A DNA stretch of 64,000 nucleotides from Vulcanimicrobiota bacterium (GCA_963723515.1 CAVRQT010000001.1:64001-128000), one strand, 5' to 3'. Shown: positions 41,286 to 52,840, counted from the first letter of the stretch. Notes: generated by a model not told the origin, from the letters alone. Program-made: numbers and translations.

Positions 41286-42923
41286 ATGAAGGTACTCGGA
41301 ATCAACGCCGTTTTCCATGATTCAGCCGCGGCTCTTGTTGTTGACGGCAAAATCGTTGCGGCCGCTGAAGAGGAGCGTTTCTCCCGCCGCAAGCACGGCA
41401 AGGAATGTAATCCGTTCACGACCTGGGAGCTGCCGGCGCTCTCCGCGGCGTGGTGCCTCAAAGAAGCCGGCGTCACCGCTGAGCAAGTGGATGCGATCGC
41501 ATATTCTTACGACCCGACACTTGCGATGGCCACCAATGGCGACGTCACCGCAGCGGAGTGGGAAGGGTTGCGAACGCTTTATGTCCAGCATGCGGAAGCG
41601 TTTTTGCGTTCAATCTTTCCGGGGCTTCGGCAAAACGTCGTTCGGTACGTGCGGCACCACGTTGCCCATGCCGCGTCTGCATACTTAGCCGGACCGTATC
41701 GCACGTGCAGCGTCATCGTGGCCGACGGTCGCGGTGAGAATGCGTCGTTTCTCAGCGGACGCGTCACTGACGGAAATTTAAAAGTTCTCGCCGTCCAACA
41801 TCTGCCGCATTCACTCGGCTTGCGTTACGAAGAAGCAACGATGCAGTTGGGCTTCCGTCGGTCCTCGGATGAATACAAAGTGATGGGTCTTGCCGCGTAC
41901 GGTCAACCGATCCATCTCGACTACTTTCGCAAGAAATTCAGCGTCAACGGCAACGGCGGCTTCCATACCGATCCGATCGATTGGGACGCGCTCTGTCCCA
42001 AGCGCGAGAAAGATCAGCCGTTCACGCAGCAGCACGCGGATTTGGCGGCGAGCGTTCAAATTCGCCTGGAAGAGGTACTGCTCGAATTAGCGCAGCGGTT
42101 GCACGCGCAAACGCACGACAAAGTGCTCGTGATGGCGGGCGGCGTGGCCCTCAACTGCGTGGCAAACGCGCGGCTTGCGCGCGAGGGACCGTTCGAGCAG
42201 ATTTGGGTGCAACCGGCTGCCGGCGATGCCGGCACCGCGCTTGGGGCGGCCCTTTACGTCGCGCATGCGGCCGGCGATCGAATCGACTCGATGCGTAGTG
42301 CCGCGCTCGGCCGGCATTTTTCAGATGCTGAAATCGAGTCGTTCTTGGATGACGCACAGATCGCGTACGAGCGGCCGGCCAACATTGCCGATGCAGCGGC
42401 GGAGATCGTTGCTCGAGACGGCGTCGTTGCCTGGTTCCAAGGGAAGAGCGAGTACGGGCCGCGAGCGCTTGGCCATCGCAGCTTGCTCGCGCATCCGGGA
42501 TTTGCTGCCAATCTGGATCGCTTAAATCACATCAAAGGCCGTGAAGAGTTTCGTCCCGTCGCACCGATGGTGCTCAGCGATCGCGCCGGCGAGATTTTCG
42601 AGGGGCAACTGCCCAGCCCGTACATGCTCTTTACGCACCGCGTCAACAAAGATTGGCGCGAGCGTATCGCAGCGGCGGTCCACATTGATGGAACGGCGCG
42701 CGTGCAAACGGTTGATCGAAACGAGGAACCACTGGTCGCGGAGATGCTGCAAGCGTTCGAGCGCCGGACCGGCACGCCGGTGGTGATTAACACGAGTCTG
42801 AACACCTCGGGCCGGCCGATGGTCGACGAGCCGCGTGACGCGCTCGAATGCTTCGGCTCCTCGCCAATCGACGCGCTGGCGATCGGCCCGTTTCTTGTGC
42901 GCCGCAACGGAGCGGCGGCATGA
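41286..42923 (+). CDS. Carbamoyltransferase (NodU/CmcH family)
   Basis: HDSAAAL, EEERFSR, HHVAHAAS, EYKVMGLA, GPRALG and NTSLN motifs. Confidence 0.93.
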   Translation: MKVLGINAVFHDSAAALVVDGKIVAAAEEERFSRRKHGKECNPFTTWELPALSAAWCLKEAGVTAEQVDAIAYSYDPTLAMATNGDVTAAEWEGLRTLYVQHAEAFLRSIFPGLRQNVVRYVRHHVAHAASAYLAGPYRTCSVIVADGRGENASFLSGRVTDGNLKVLAVQHLPHSLGLRYEEATMQLGFRRSSDEYKVMGLAAYGQPIHLDYFRKKFSVNGNGGFHTDPIDWDALCPKREKDQPFTQQHADLAASVQIRLEEVLLELAQRLHAQTHDKVLVMAGGVALNCVANARLAREGPFEQIWVQPAAGDAGTALGAALYVAHAAGDRIDSMRSAALGRHFSDAEIESFLDDAQIAYERPANIADAAAEIVARDGVVAWFQGKSEYGPRALGHRSLLAHPGFAANLDRLNHIKGREEFRPVAPMVLSDRAGEIFEGQLPSPYMLFTHRVNKDWRERIAAAVHIDGTARVQTVDRNEEPLVAEMLQAFERRTGTPVVINTSLNTSGRPMVDEPRDALECFGSSPIDALAIGPFLVRRNGAAA

Positions 42924-43894
42924 TCCTCAATTACGACATCGTCGTTCCGACGATCGTGCGTCCGCATTTGACGCAACTGCTCACGTCAATTGCACACGCT
43001 GAAGGTCCGTTGCCCGGCCGCATCTTTCTGGTGGACGATCGCAAGACGCGCCGCAGCGCAATCTCATCCGCGGCGATTCCTTTACGCATCGCAAGCCGCG
43101 TTCGCGTGATCCCCGGAAAAGGCGCAGGGCCCGCGAGCGCACGCAACGTCGGCTGGCGCGCCTCAGATGCGGAGTGGATCGCGTTTCTCGACGACGACGT
43201 GATCGTAAGCCACGACTGGCCTGCGGAACTAGTGCGCGATCTTGCTATGCTCGACCACACCGTTGCCGGCTCGCAAGGCCGCGTGCGCGTCCCCTTGCCT
43301 CACGACCGAGCGCCGACGGATTGGGAACGCAACGTTGCCGGGCTGGAGAGTGCGCGCTGGATCACCGCGGATATGACCTACCGGCGCTCCGCGCTCGTCG
43401 AGCTCGGCGGTTTTGATGAACGCTTTCCACGCGCGTTTCGTGAGGACGCCGATCTTGCGCTGCGAGCATTACGCGCCGGCTTCCGTCTCGTGCAAGGTCA
43501 GCGCCGCGTCGAACATCCGGTGCGGGACGCGGACCCCTGGGTCAGCGTACGGTTGCAGCGCGGCAACGCTGATGATGCGTTGATGACCCACGTGCACGGC
43601 AGCGGCTGGCGCAATGCGGCGGGTGCGCCGGCCGGAACCTACCGGCGGCATCTTCTCGCAAGTGCCGCTGCTGCGGCTTCAGTAGCAGCGGCGCTGCTCG
43701 CGCGTCGGCAAGTCGCGATCGCGTCGGCGCTGACATTTACCGCGCTGACCGCTGACTTTGCCTGGCGACGCATCGCTCCCGGACCGAGAACCGCACCGGA
43801 GATCTTGACGATGGCCGCGACGAGTGCGGTGATTCCCCTCGCTGCGGTGTTCCATCGCAGCGCCGCCGCATTGCGACTGCGGTTTGGATTTTAG
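42920..43894 (+). CDS. Glycosyltransferase family 2
   Basis: GPASARN, AFLDDD and GGFDERF..REDAD motifs. Confidence 0.88.
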   Translation: MILNYDIVVPTIVRPHLTQLLTSIAHAEGPLPGRIFLVDDRKTRRSAISSAAIPLRIASRVRVIPGKGAGPASARNVGWRASDAEWIAFLDDDVIVSHDWPAELVRDLAMLDHTVAGSQGRVRVPLPHDRAPTDWERNVAGLESARWITADMTYRRSALVELGGFDERFPRAFREDADLALRALRAGFRLVQGQRRVEHPVRDADPWVSVRLQRGNADDALMTHVHGSGWRNAAGAPAGTYRRHLLASAAAAASVAAALLARRQVAIASALTFTALTADFAWRRIAPGPRTAPEILTMAATSAVIPLAAVFHRSAAALRLRFGF

Positions 43895-43897
43895 CTC

Positions 43898-44422
43898 ATG
43901 CGGCCCAAAGCTGTATTGCTTGATCGCGACGGTACGCTGATTTACGACCTGCCGGCCGCCGCCGATCCGCGCGATGTCGCGCTGATGCCGGGTGTTGCGC
44001 TTGCGCTCCAACGGTTGCGTTCCGCGGGCGTGCGCATCGCCGTGATTTCAAACCAATGCGGTGTGGGCGACGGCACGCTGCAAATCGAGCGAGTGCGCGC
44101 CATCAACGAGCGCATCGAGGAACTTGCTGGGCCGATGGACGGATGGTTTCTCTGCGTGCACGCGGGTGAAGATGAATGCGATTGCCGCAAGCCGCTTCCC
44201 GGCTTGATTTACCGCGCTGCGGAGGCGCTCGGCGTCGAGCCGCGTGATTGCGTGGTCATCGGCGATGTTGGAAGCGATATTGCGGCCGCTCGGGCCGCGG
44301 GCTGTCGCGCTATCCTGATCCCGACTGAGCAGACGCTCGCGACTGAGATTACCGCCGCGCCTGAGGTCGCGTTCGATATGCTCGAAGCGGTCGACTGGCT
44401 GGTCGACGTCGTGTATGTCTAA
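43898..44422 (+). CDS. HAD-IIIA hydrolase, GmhB-like sugar bisphosphate phosphatase
   Basis: DRDGTL, SNQ, CVH...CDCRKP and IGD..SD motifs. Confidence 0.85.
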   Translation: MRPKAVLLDRDGTLIYDLPAAADPRDVALMPGVALALQRLRSAGVRIAVISNQCGVGDGTLQIERVRAINERIEELAGPMDGWFLCVHAGEDECDCRKPLPGLIYRAAEALGVEPRDCVVIGDVGSDIAAARAAGCRAILIPTEQTLATEITAAPEVAFDMLEAVDWLVDVVYV

Positions 44423-45468
44423 GCACGTCTTGCTGGGGCGCCAGGACAACAACGGCGACGTTTTGTTGACCGGTCCGGCGGTGCGCGCAGTTGCCTCAGG
44501 CGCCTCATATGTTTCGTATCTGTGCGGCCCGCGGCGGTGCGAGTGCCGCGGCTGTGCTTCCCGGAGTCGATCAGGTGATCTGCGAACACGCGCCGTGGAT
44601 CGATGCGCATCCCGAACCCGTGAATCGCTCGAGCATCGATCGGTTCATCGATTCGATTGCGCGACTGCACGCTGACGAAGCGATCATCTTTACGTCGTTT
44701 CATCAGAGTCCGCTTCCGCTCGCGTTGTTGCTGCGGATGGCCGGAATACCGATGATCGCGGCAATCAGCGTGGACTACGCCGGCGCGTTGCTGGACGTGC
44801 GGCATCATGTTGACGATGATCTGCATGAAGTCGAACGCGCCTTATCGCTCGTTGCGACGCTGGGCTATTCGCTGCCGCCGCATGACTCGGGAAAATTGCG
44901 GATCAACTTGCCGGCGGCGCTTCCACGATTCGGTTGGCGCCGCTATGTCGTCGTGCATCCGGGCGCGACGATGCCGGCCCGTGCTCCTCGTCCCGCACTG
45001 AGCCGCGCCGTCGTCCAAAGATTGGCAGATGGAGGCGAGTACGTGGTTGTGACCGGCACGGGCGAGGAGCGTGAATTGTGCGAATTCGTTTGCGGCGCAA
45101 GTTCAAACGTCTACAATGCCGCCGGCGCGACAACGTTTGAAGAGTACGGCGTTCTGCTTCGCCACGCTGCAGCGGTCATTACCGGCAACACGGCAGCGGT
45201 GCATGTGGCCGCGGCGGTCGGTACACCGGTCGTTGAAATCTTTCCGCCGACGATTCCCTTCAATCGTTTCAAACCGTGGCAAGTGCCGTACCGAGTCTTG
45301 GGCGATCAGGAGATTGGATGCCGCGGCTGCCGCGCGCGGGTCTGCCCATTTGACGATCAGCCGTGTATCGGCAATATCACGCCTGATGACGTCATCGAGG
45401 CGCTCGATGATTTGCTGCGGACGGCTTCGCATTCGCGGCGTGCACGCTTAATCTTGGAGAACGTGTGA
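44415..45468 (+). CDS. Glycosyltransferase family 9; frameshift near 44532
   Basis: RQDNNGDVLL, VVHPGA and GNTAAVHVAAAVGTP motifs. Confidence 0.85.
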
Positions 45469-46704
45469 TGCGAATCGCAATGGTATCGGAACATGCAAGT
45501 CCGCTCGCCGTTCTGGGCGGAGCCGATGCGGGTGGCCAAAACGTCCATGTTGCGGCACTTGCGTCGGGTTTAAGCCGGCTGGGCGTCAGCGTAACGGTTT
45601 ACACGCGCCGTGAGGATCCAAAGATCCCGAAGCACGTGAAATTCATTGACGGCGTGACGGTCACGCATGTCGATGCCGGGCCTCCCGAATCAATCCCCAA
45701 AGACGATCTCTACCAGCACATGCCCGCGTTCGCGAAAGTTCTCGCGCATGAATGGGCCAACGAACCACCGGATCTCGTGCACTCACACTTTTGGATGTCC
45801 GGACTCGCTTCGATCGCAGCCGCACGCTTTGCACGCATTCCGGTCGTGCAGACATTTCACGCGTTGGGCGTTGAGAAGCGGCGCCATCAAGGCGCCAAGG
45901 ACACGAGCCCTAAACAGCGGCTCGCGGAAGAAAAAGGCATCGTGCGCGCAGCGCAGCGGATCTTGGCGACCGCGAGCGCAGAAGTTTTTGAATTGACGCG
46001 CATGGGCGCGGCTCCGGCGCAGGTTCAAGTGATCCCGTGCGGCGTCGATCTCAATCGCTTTTCACCCGACGGTGCGGTCGAAGAGCGCACTCCGGGGCGC
46101 TATCGGCTGCTGAGCGTCGGACGGATGGTGGAGCGCAAAGGCGTCGCAGAAGTGATCGAGTCGCTAACGCTCCTACCGAACACCGAATTGATCGTCATCG
46201 GCGGTCCGGCGCTCGACGAGTTACCGAACGATCCCGAGTATCTGCGCCTCTCTGCGATTGCGCGAGACGTCGGAGTTGCGGATCGCGTGCAGTTTCGCGG
46301 CCGCGTGCAGCACGTGCATGTTCCGGAAGTCATGCGTTCCGCCGACGTCGTGGTCTGCACGCCGTGGTACGAGCCGTTCGGGATCGTTCCGCTGGAGGCA
46401 ATGGCCTGTGCGATTCCCGTTGTTGCGTCGTCGGTCGGCGGCTTGATCGATACGGTTGTCGATGGAAGAACCGGTCGCCACGTGCCGCCGCGCTCGCCCG
46501 TGGCGCTCGCGGAAACGCTGCGTCGACTGCTGAGAAGACGAGCCGTTGCGCCGCGCGTTCGGCCGCGCCGGGCGCCGTCGTGCCGAACTGCGGTATGGCT
46601 GGAATCGTATCGCGAGCGAGACGCTGCGTAGCTACCAAGAAGTGATCGAGCAATATCAACAGCTGCCTCATCCGGCGATGCGGCCCAGGCGCTCAGGTGC
46701 ATGA
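45465..46704 (+). CDS. Glycosyltransferase family 4 (MshA-like); frameshift near 46533
   Basis: SEHASPLA..GGADAGGQNVHV, HFWMSG and YEPFGIVPLEAMA motifs. Confidence 0.88.
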
Positions 46705-47686
46705 CGCTCGTTGCGCTGCGCGCGCTCGGGCTCGGCGATTTTCTGACCGCCGTTCCGGCGTTTCGCGCGCTCGCGAGAGCTTTTCCCGAGCATCATAGAG
46801 TTCTCGCCGCGCCGAAGGCGCTGGCGCCTTTAGTTTCTCTAGCCGGCGCAATCGACGAAGTCGTTGATACCGCGCCGCTCGCGCCGCTTCGCGCCGAATT
46901 ACATCGGGCAGATATCGCCGTCGATCTTCATGGCAAAGGACCGGCCAGTCATCGCGTCTTGATCGCGTCGCGACCCGACGCGCCTGATCGCCTTCGAGCA
47001 CGACGCCGTTGCGGAAAGCAAAGGGCAGCCGCAATGGCTTGCGGAGGAGCATGAAGTCTATCGCTGGTGCCGACTCATGGCGGAGAATCACATCGCTGTC
47101 GACGCAAGCGATTTGCGTTTGAAGAAGCCGCAAGCGCAAATCGGTAAGCGCATGCGTGGCGCGACGCTGCTTCACCCGGGCGCGAAATCACGCGGTCGCC
47201 GATGGCCGGTTGAACGCTGGATCGAAAATTGCGCGGCATGAACGCAATCTCGGCCGTCAGGTCGTCCTCACCGGCAGCATTGCGGAACATGAAAGATGTA
47301 GCGCGATCGCATCGGAAGCCACCATTCCGATGAGAAATGTCTTCGCCGGAAAAACCGATGTGCTGCAATTGGCGTCGCTCGTCGCATATGCGGGGCGCGT
47401 TGTCTGTGGCGACACCGGCGTGGCGCACCTGGCGACCGCATTCAAAACGCCGAGCGTGTTGCTCTTCGGACCGACCGATCCGGCGCAGTGGGGGCCGACC
47501 ATCGACAGAGAGTTGCATCGCGTCATTTGGTACGGCCAAACCGGTGATCCGCACGGCGATGCGCTCGATTCATCGCTCTCGCGTATCACGGTCGAAGACG
47601 TGGTTGCTGAGCTTGAGATGCTCCCTCGTCACGCTGAGCTCAATTGTGCGGTGAGCCTTGTCACGCTGCCGAATTGTGCCACGTGA
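46701..47686 (+). CDS. Glycosyltransferase family 9; several frameshifts
   Basis: LRALGLGDFLT, LHPGA and GDTGVAHLATA..TPSVLLFGP motifs. Confidence 0.82.
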
Positions 47687-47911
47687 GCTCCCTCTGTCAC
47701 GCTGAGCTTGTCGAAGTGCCGTCGCAATCGGGATGGAGAGGTGGTCCCAGTGTCATGCTGAGCTTGTCGAAGCATGAAGCTTCGAAGCCATCGCGATTGA
47801 ACCGTGTCATCCTGAGCTTGTCGAAGGGCCACCGTACTGGTGGCTCATTTAAGTGAACGGAAGGGTCAGCCGTTCACGATAGCGTGGCGCTTCGACAAGC
47901 TCAGCGTGACA
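47628..47911. repeat. REP cluster: three direct copies, one inverted copy and upstream fragments
   Basis: tgtcaYSctgagcttgtcgaag at 47695, 47751 and 47805; inverted copy 47887..47911; fragments at 47628 and 47659. Confidence 0.9.
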
Positions 47912-47924
47912 CAAAAGCTCCGCG

Positions 47925-48863
47925 TTAAGCGGAGCCCAACAACGCGTCCCAGTCGTTGAGGAAACGCTGCAAACTATACCGTGAAAGCGCCGCCTCGCGG
48001 GCGCGTTTTCCGGCCTCTCGCGCAACCTCGGGCTGACCGATGAATTGCGCGACGGCGTCTTGCAGCGCGCGAACGTCCGTGTCGATGAAAGCCGGCGTCG
48101 CGCGGGACGGCGCGCACCGTTTCCGTCGTGGCCAGTGCCACGACCGGCATACCGAGGTGCATCGCTTCAATCAGCGAGAGACCGAGCGACGTCCACCGGA
48201 TCGGATGGATGTAGACGCGCCGCCGCGGCAGCTCTTCATGCAACGTCTCCTGCGGCAAGTTCTCGTGCACCGAAATGCGCGGACCAGCAAGCCCGCGATC
48301 TTCATTCCGAAAAGGTCGACTGGCGCAATCTCGGCAAAGCGCGGAATCAAATCCGTGCCCGTCACGCGCGCTCGGCGCAGCGGCTCGTTGACCACGATCG
48401 CACCATGCGTGATCTCGCCGGTGTAGCGGTATCCCGGGTCGAGGACGCCGTGCTCGATCACCGCTGTTCGGGCAGCGCCGCAGTCCCAGAATAGGTCGTT
48501 GAAGTGCGTCACGTGGACGACTGTAACGTTCGGATCGTCGGCAGCGGGATGGCGCATTTCGTTGATGCGCCCTTGTGGACAATTGTGCTCCACATAAAAG
48601 GTCCGCACGTTTTGTTTGCCATCGAACCAACGCCGCCGTAGGTCAAGGTACTCTTCCGGACGTTGGAAGATGATCGCATCGAGCTTCAGATGCTTGATCT
48701 GCTCCGGCGTTACCTCAACGGCGGATGGGGGCCAATCCCACGTTTGTGCCCGGCCGCGTCCGGCCGCCCCACGGTCGGGAACCACCGGCAAATAGTATTG
48801 ATGCTGACCCTGTACAAACGCCGTTGTCCAAGAGCCGTGAACATGCCATAAGAGGATGTTCAA
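47925..48863 (-). CDS. Glycosyltransferase (GT-B); frameshift near 48275
   Basis: LLWHVHGSW, VHVTHFN and TSLGLSLIEAMHLGMP motifs. Confidence 0.82.
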
Positions 48864-48958
48864 ATTGTTTGAAAACGCACCGTCAGAACCGCTGCCTCCA
48901 CCGTAGAATAAGATCGAGTAGACTGGTCTTAGGAGCAGACCGGCGAGGAATATGTGCC

Positions 48959-49246
48959 ATGCTCAATTCTATCAAGACAATAACTGAGCGACCTTCGAGG
49001 CCGATCAAAATCTTCGTGCGCCCGGAAGGCCGGCACTTTATCGCGTTGTGCGACCACCCGCAACTGATTGTCGAGGGGCGAACGGAGACCGAAGCGATCG
49101 AGAAGACGAAGACGCTGGCCATGCGCGCGCTTTCGCGCTTCGGAAACGAAGAGCCGTCGCGATTGAGCTTCTTGATTCGTGCGAAAGACCTCCAGGTGGA
49201 GACGGTGACGCTCGAAATCAACCGGGGAACGCGAAACACAACCTAA
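48959..49246 (+). CDS. Small hypothetical protein with HicB-like N-terminal pattern
   Basis: EGRHFIALC..PQLIVEGRTETEAIEK resembles the HicB G-x-T-x-x-E-A pattern; GAGG upstream. Confidence 0.5.
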   Translation: MLNSIKTITERPSRPIKIFVRPEGRHFIALCDHPQLIVEGRTETEAIEKTKTLAMRALSRFGNEEPSRLSFLIRAKDLQVETVTLEINRGTRNTT

Positions 49247-49338
49247 CAGCGTTCCCGAGACATCCGCCCTGCAGCGGGTCGAAGGCTTACCGCATCGAAG
49301 CGCCATCGAAATGTCTCTCAAGAGGACTGGCGCTTGGC

Positions 49339-50923
49339 ATGAGTTTGTTGCTCGTTGCCTGCACGCGGGTGCAAACCGGCGGAGCGCCGACCGGCGCTCA
49401 CGTGCTCAACATCGGCGCCGCGATCGCGCCAAATTCATTGAATCCGCTGCTCAATACTGAGGCAGTCGAAACGATGGTCGATCGCCTGATCTATGATCCG
49501 CTCGTCGTCACGAACGACAAAGGCAATCAATTGCCGGATTTGGCGGTGCAGGTGCCGTCTCAGCAAAACGGCGGCATCAGCCGCGACGGCCGAACGATCA
49601 CCTACAAACTTCGTCATGATGTCAAGTGGCAAGACGGCGTGCCGTTTACGAGTGAGGACGTGCGTTTCTCGTTCACTCAAGTCATGAATCCGAAGAACAA
49701 CATCTCGACCAGAACCGGCTACGATGTCGTCGATCGTGTGACGACACCCGACAAGTACACCGTCGTCTTTCATCTGCGCCGGCCGTACGCCCCGATCGTC
49801 ACGACGCTTTTCAGCAGTGGAAACGGGCCGGCGTTCGTCATCCCGGCGCATCTATTGCGCTCCTACCCCGACCTCAACAATGTTCCGTTCAATGCGAACC
49901 CCATCGGAACCGGGCCATACCGGATGACGCGTTGGCTGCGCGGCGACCACATCGAATTCGAAGCGAACGCCAATTACTTCTTAGGGAAGCCGAAGATTCC
50001 GACGATCGTCGTTCGTTTCATTCCGGATGAAAATACGATGGTCAATCAGCTGCGCACGCATGAGCTCGATTGGTTCTATTCAGCGAGCGAAGCATCGTAT
50101 AGCGAATTGAAAACGGTTCCCAACATTCGCAACGTCATCTCGATTCAAAATTCGTACCGCGGCATGCTGATTAACACGGAGAGTCCGCTCGTGAGCGATC
50201 GGCGCGTGCGCCAAGCTATTGACTATGCGATCGATAAAGAGGCGATCGTTCACAAAGCAACCTACGGTGCTGCGCACGCGGCAACCGAGGATCTTCCCTC
50301 GTTTATGTGGGCGTACGACCCGCAGGTCCGCCGCTACAGCTACGATCCCGCGAAGGCAAAACAGCTGCTCGCAGACGCCGGCTGGAAACCGGGTCCTGAC
50401 GGCGTGCTCGTCAAGGACGGCCGCCGCATGCAACTCGCCCTCGTGTTGCGGCAAGGCGCGGTGACCGACACCGCAATGTCGGTGCTCGTTCAATCGTACT
50501 TGCGCGCTGTCGGAATCGAGACGTCGATTAAAACGTATCAGGGCTCCATGCTTTTCGGTGGTGCGACGAGCGGCATCTTGAGCGGCGCTCACTACGATAT
50601 TGATTTAAGCGGCTTTGAATCGGGCGTTGATCCGGACAACTCCGCGCAATTCACGTGCGCCGCGCGGCCGCCGAACGGCTTTAACTGGTCGCGATACTGC
50701 ACTCCTGAGATGGATGCCGCGCAGCAGCAAGCGTTGAGCTCCGTACGATCGCGGCGTTCGCAAAGCGGCATATGCAAAGATCGAAAGCCTCTTGGCGCGC
50801 GACGTTCCGCAAATTTTCTTCTACTGGCAACCGGAGATCGACGCGGTCAGTCCGGCGTTACAGCACTTTACCGGCGGTCCGTTCTATCCGAATTGGAACG
50901 TGCAGCAGTGGGAGTTGCGCTAG
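49339..50923 (+). CDS. Peptide ABC transporter substrate-binding lipoprotein (family 5); frameshift near 50744; start approximate
   Basis: LVAC lipobox, VKWQDGVPFTSEDV, GTGPY and DRRVRQAI motifs. Confidence 0.88.
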
Positions 50924-51021
50924 CGAACCTCTCGAGGAGTTCTTCCGACGCGCGGTGTGAGGAGTCTTCCAGAACGAGCAAGTATTAGAGCCGCTACCGG
51001 CATCGCCGGAGAGGAGGTCTT

Positions 51022-51565
51022 ATGACAGCTTTTCGACTCGGTTTATTCGCTATTGCTTTTTTTGCATTCGGTTCGACGGCGTTCGCGCAAGTTGAAAGCA
51101 CGCCCGTTCCGGTTCAGCGCAAACCCGATTTCTCTAAGTTTATGACGGGCACGTTCACGTGCAGCGTGCGCAGCTCGAGACGTCCCGGCCCTTACGTCGT
51201 AACAAATACCGCGACCGTCGCCCCAGGCGGCTATTGGTTGGTCACGCGGTCGGTAACGCACAAAGCGTCGTGGATTCCCAATACCATCAGTGGAGAAGAT
51301 CGCATTACCTACGATCCGTCAACATCGCGCTGGCTTGATATGAGCTATGATGATGCAGGCGGATACAACGTTTCCACTTCGCCGGGCTGGCGAGGAAACT
51401 CAATCGTCTGGACCGACAGCTTGATTCAGAAAGCAAATAACACCGCCTCAACGAGCCCAACGACATGGACAAGCGGTCAGCGCGACCAAGCTGACACAAT
51501 CGAGCTCCTTCAAAGAACCGGGCGGCCGAGTGATCACCGTGAAGACGACCTGCACAAAAGGCTAA
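51022..51565 (+). CDS. Hypothetical secreted protein; frameshift near 51473
   Basis: GGAGG RBS, signal peptide, STPVP..KPDFS..GTFTCS, GGY..TSPGW and terminal CTKG. Confidence 0.65.
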
Positions 51566-51591
51566 GCCCGTAGCGCTCGCCGCCCTTCGCG

Positions 51592-51802
51592 ATGAACGGC
51601 TTATCAACGTTCGGTTTGGCGGCGGTCGGCGCGATGGCGCTTTTTTACGCGTTGGAAAATCGAGGGCCGGCGTTTACGCTGGCCTTCGCTCTTGCATGCA
51701 TTGCCGCATCGGTTTACGGGTTTCTCGCGGGCACCTGGCCTTTTGGAATCGTTGAAGCGCTCTGGGCGCTCTTAGCAGTCTATCGCTGGCGAAACCGCAT
51801 TA
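51592..51802 (+). CDS. Small membrane protein; 3' end uncertain
   Basis: Three hydrophobic segments, YGFLAGTWPFGIVEALW. Confidence 0.6.
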
Positions 51803-52346
51803 CTGCTGCCGCGGTCGGCTTGAGCGCTCTCAAGCGGAAGCTAAGGGCGATTTGCAAGAGTCCGAATACGATCGCATACGATGCGATCAGCCAAACAACA
51901 GCTAGTGCTCCGACTGCCGGATTGCGTAAAACGAGTGCTCCGAAGATGATCGATGCAATTCCGGCCAAGATGTACAGAATCTCGTCGGCGATGACGTGCC
52001 GAAAACGAATGCCGGCAACGATCTCGATGACGCCGGTCACGATCGCCCAAAAGGCGATGACATACACGAGCAGCGCGGCGCTATAGAGCGGATAGAGCCA
52101 GATCAAGATCCCTAAGATGATGCCGACCGCACCTTCGAAGATCAACCATCCGCGATGCGCCGCGCCGGCGTGTGAAAATGCTGCCACAAGCGCAAAGATC
52201 CCGTCCACGAGCGCATACGCGCCGATCAAAATGGCGAGCACCAGCAATGTGATGCCGGGCCACAAGAACGCCAAGACGCCGAATAAGACGCCGGCAATAC
52301 CGCGAACCAGAAATGCCCACCAATTGCGAGCCAACACATCAATCAC
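51780..52346 (-). CDS. HdeD/DUF308 family membrane protein
   Basis: NWWAFLVRGI, YALVDGI and WAIVTGVIEI motifs. Confidence 0.85.
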   Translation of the reverse strand: MIDVLARNWWAFLVRGIAGVLFGVLAFLWPGITLLVLAILIGAYALVDGIFALVAAFSHAGAAHRGWLIFEGAVGIILGILIWLYPLYSAALLVYVIAFWAIVTGVIEIVAGIRFRHVIADEILYILAGIASIIFGALVLRNPAVGALAVVWLIASYAIVFGLLQIALSFRLRALKPTAAAVMRFRQR

Positions 52347-52479
52347 GCGCTCTCTCCTCCAAGGGTCATTCTATCACGCGGCGTTTCGGCAGAATCTTGA
52401 TTTGGCTTTCGCAGGCGATGCAAGACTGATCCGCAATACGCGGTTCTTTCGCCTTTTGGCTAAGGAAGGAGCTTCTTTG

Positions 52480-52818
52480 ATGCGTCAATTCCTAGCAATG
52501 GTCGCCTTTTTCGCTTGCACCGCGGCCGCTGTTCAAGCGGCGACTTTAGAGATCCAGAATCAAACCGACTGGCAAATCGACAACGTCTATATTTCGCCGA
52601 GTTCGGCGACGCGCTTCGTGCCCTATGATTATCTGGGCGCAAGCGGCGTTATTCGGCCCGGCCAGACTCGCATGGTCGAATGGGTTGCCCGCGATACTTG
52701 CCTGTGGGACTTCCGCGTGCGCTTCCACGGCCGCCACAACTATGCGACGACATACAAGAACGACATGTGCAAGTTCAATCGTCCGATTTGGAAAATCGCG
52801 CCTTCGGATATTCGCTAA
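52480..52818 (+). CDS. Hypothetical secreted protein
   Basis: AAGGAG RBS, signal peptide, NQT..IDNVYISPS...DYLG...CLWD. Confidence 0.65.
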   Translation: MRQFLAMVAFFACTAAAVQAATLEIQNQTDWQIDNVYISPSSATRFVPYDYLGASGVIRPGQTRMVEWVARDTCLWDFRVRFHGRHNYATTYKNDMCKFNRPIWKIAPSDIR

Positions 52819-52840
52819 TATGGCGCAGCGCCACCGCTGA

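Noticed and set aside
47695..47829. CRISPR-like array (about 25-bp repeats with about 30-nt spacers)
   Set aside because: Only three units, an inverted copy follows, the same repeat is dispersed through the window, spacers are mutually complementary and no cas genes are present.
50934..50970. Direct repeat gaggagt(t)cttcc twice upstream of the gene at 51022
   Set aside because: Two short copies with no nearby regulator; too weak to call an operator.
51780..52086. Long antisense overlap of the small membrane protein with the HdeD gene
   Set aside because: The extension is the HdeD antisense shadow; a lost stop from an indel near 51800 is more likely.
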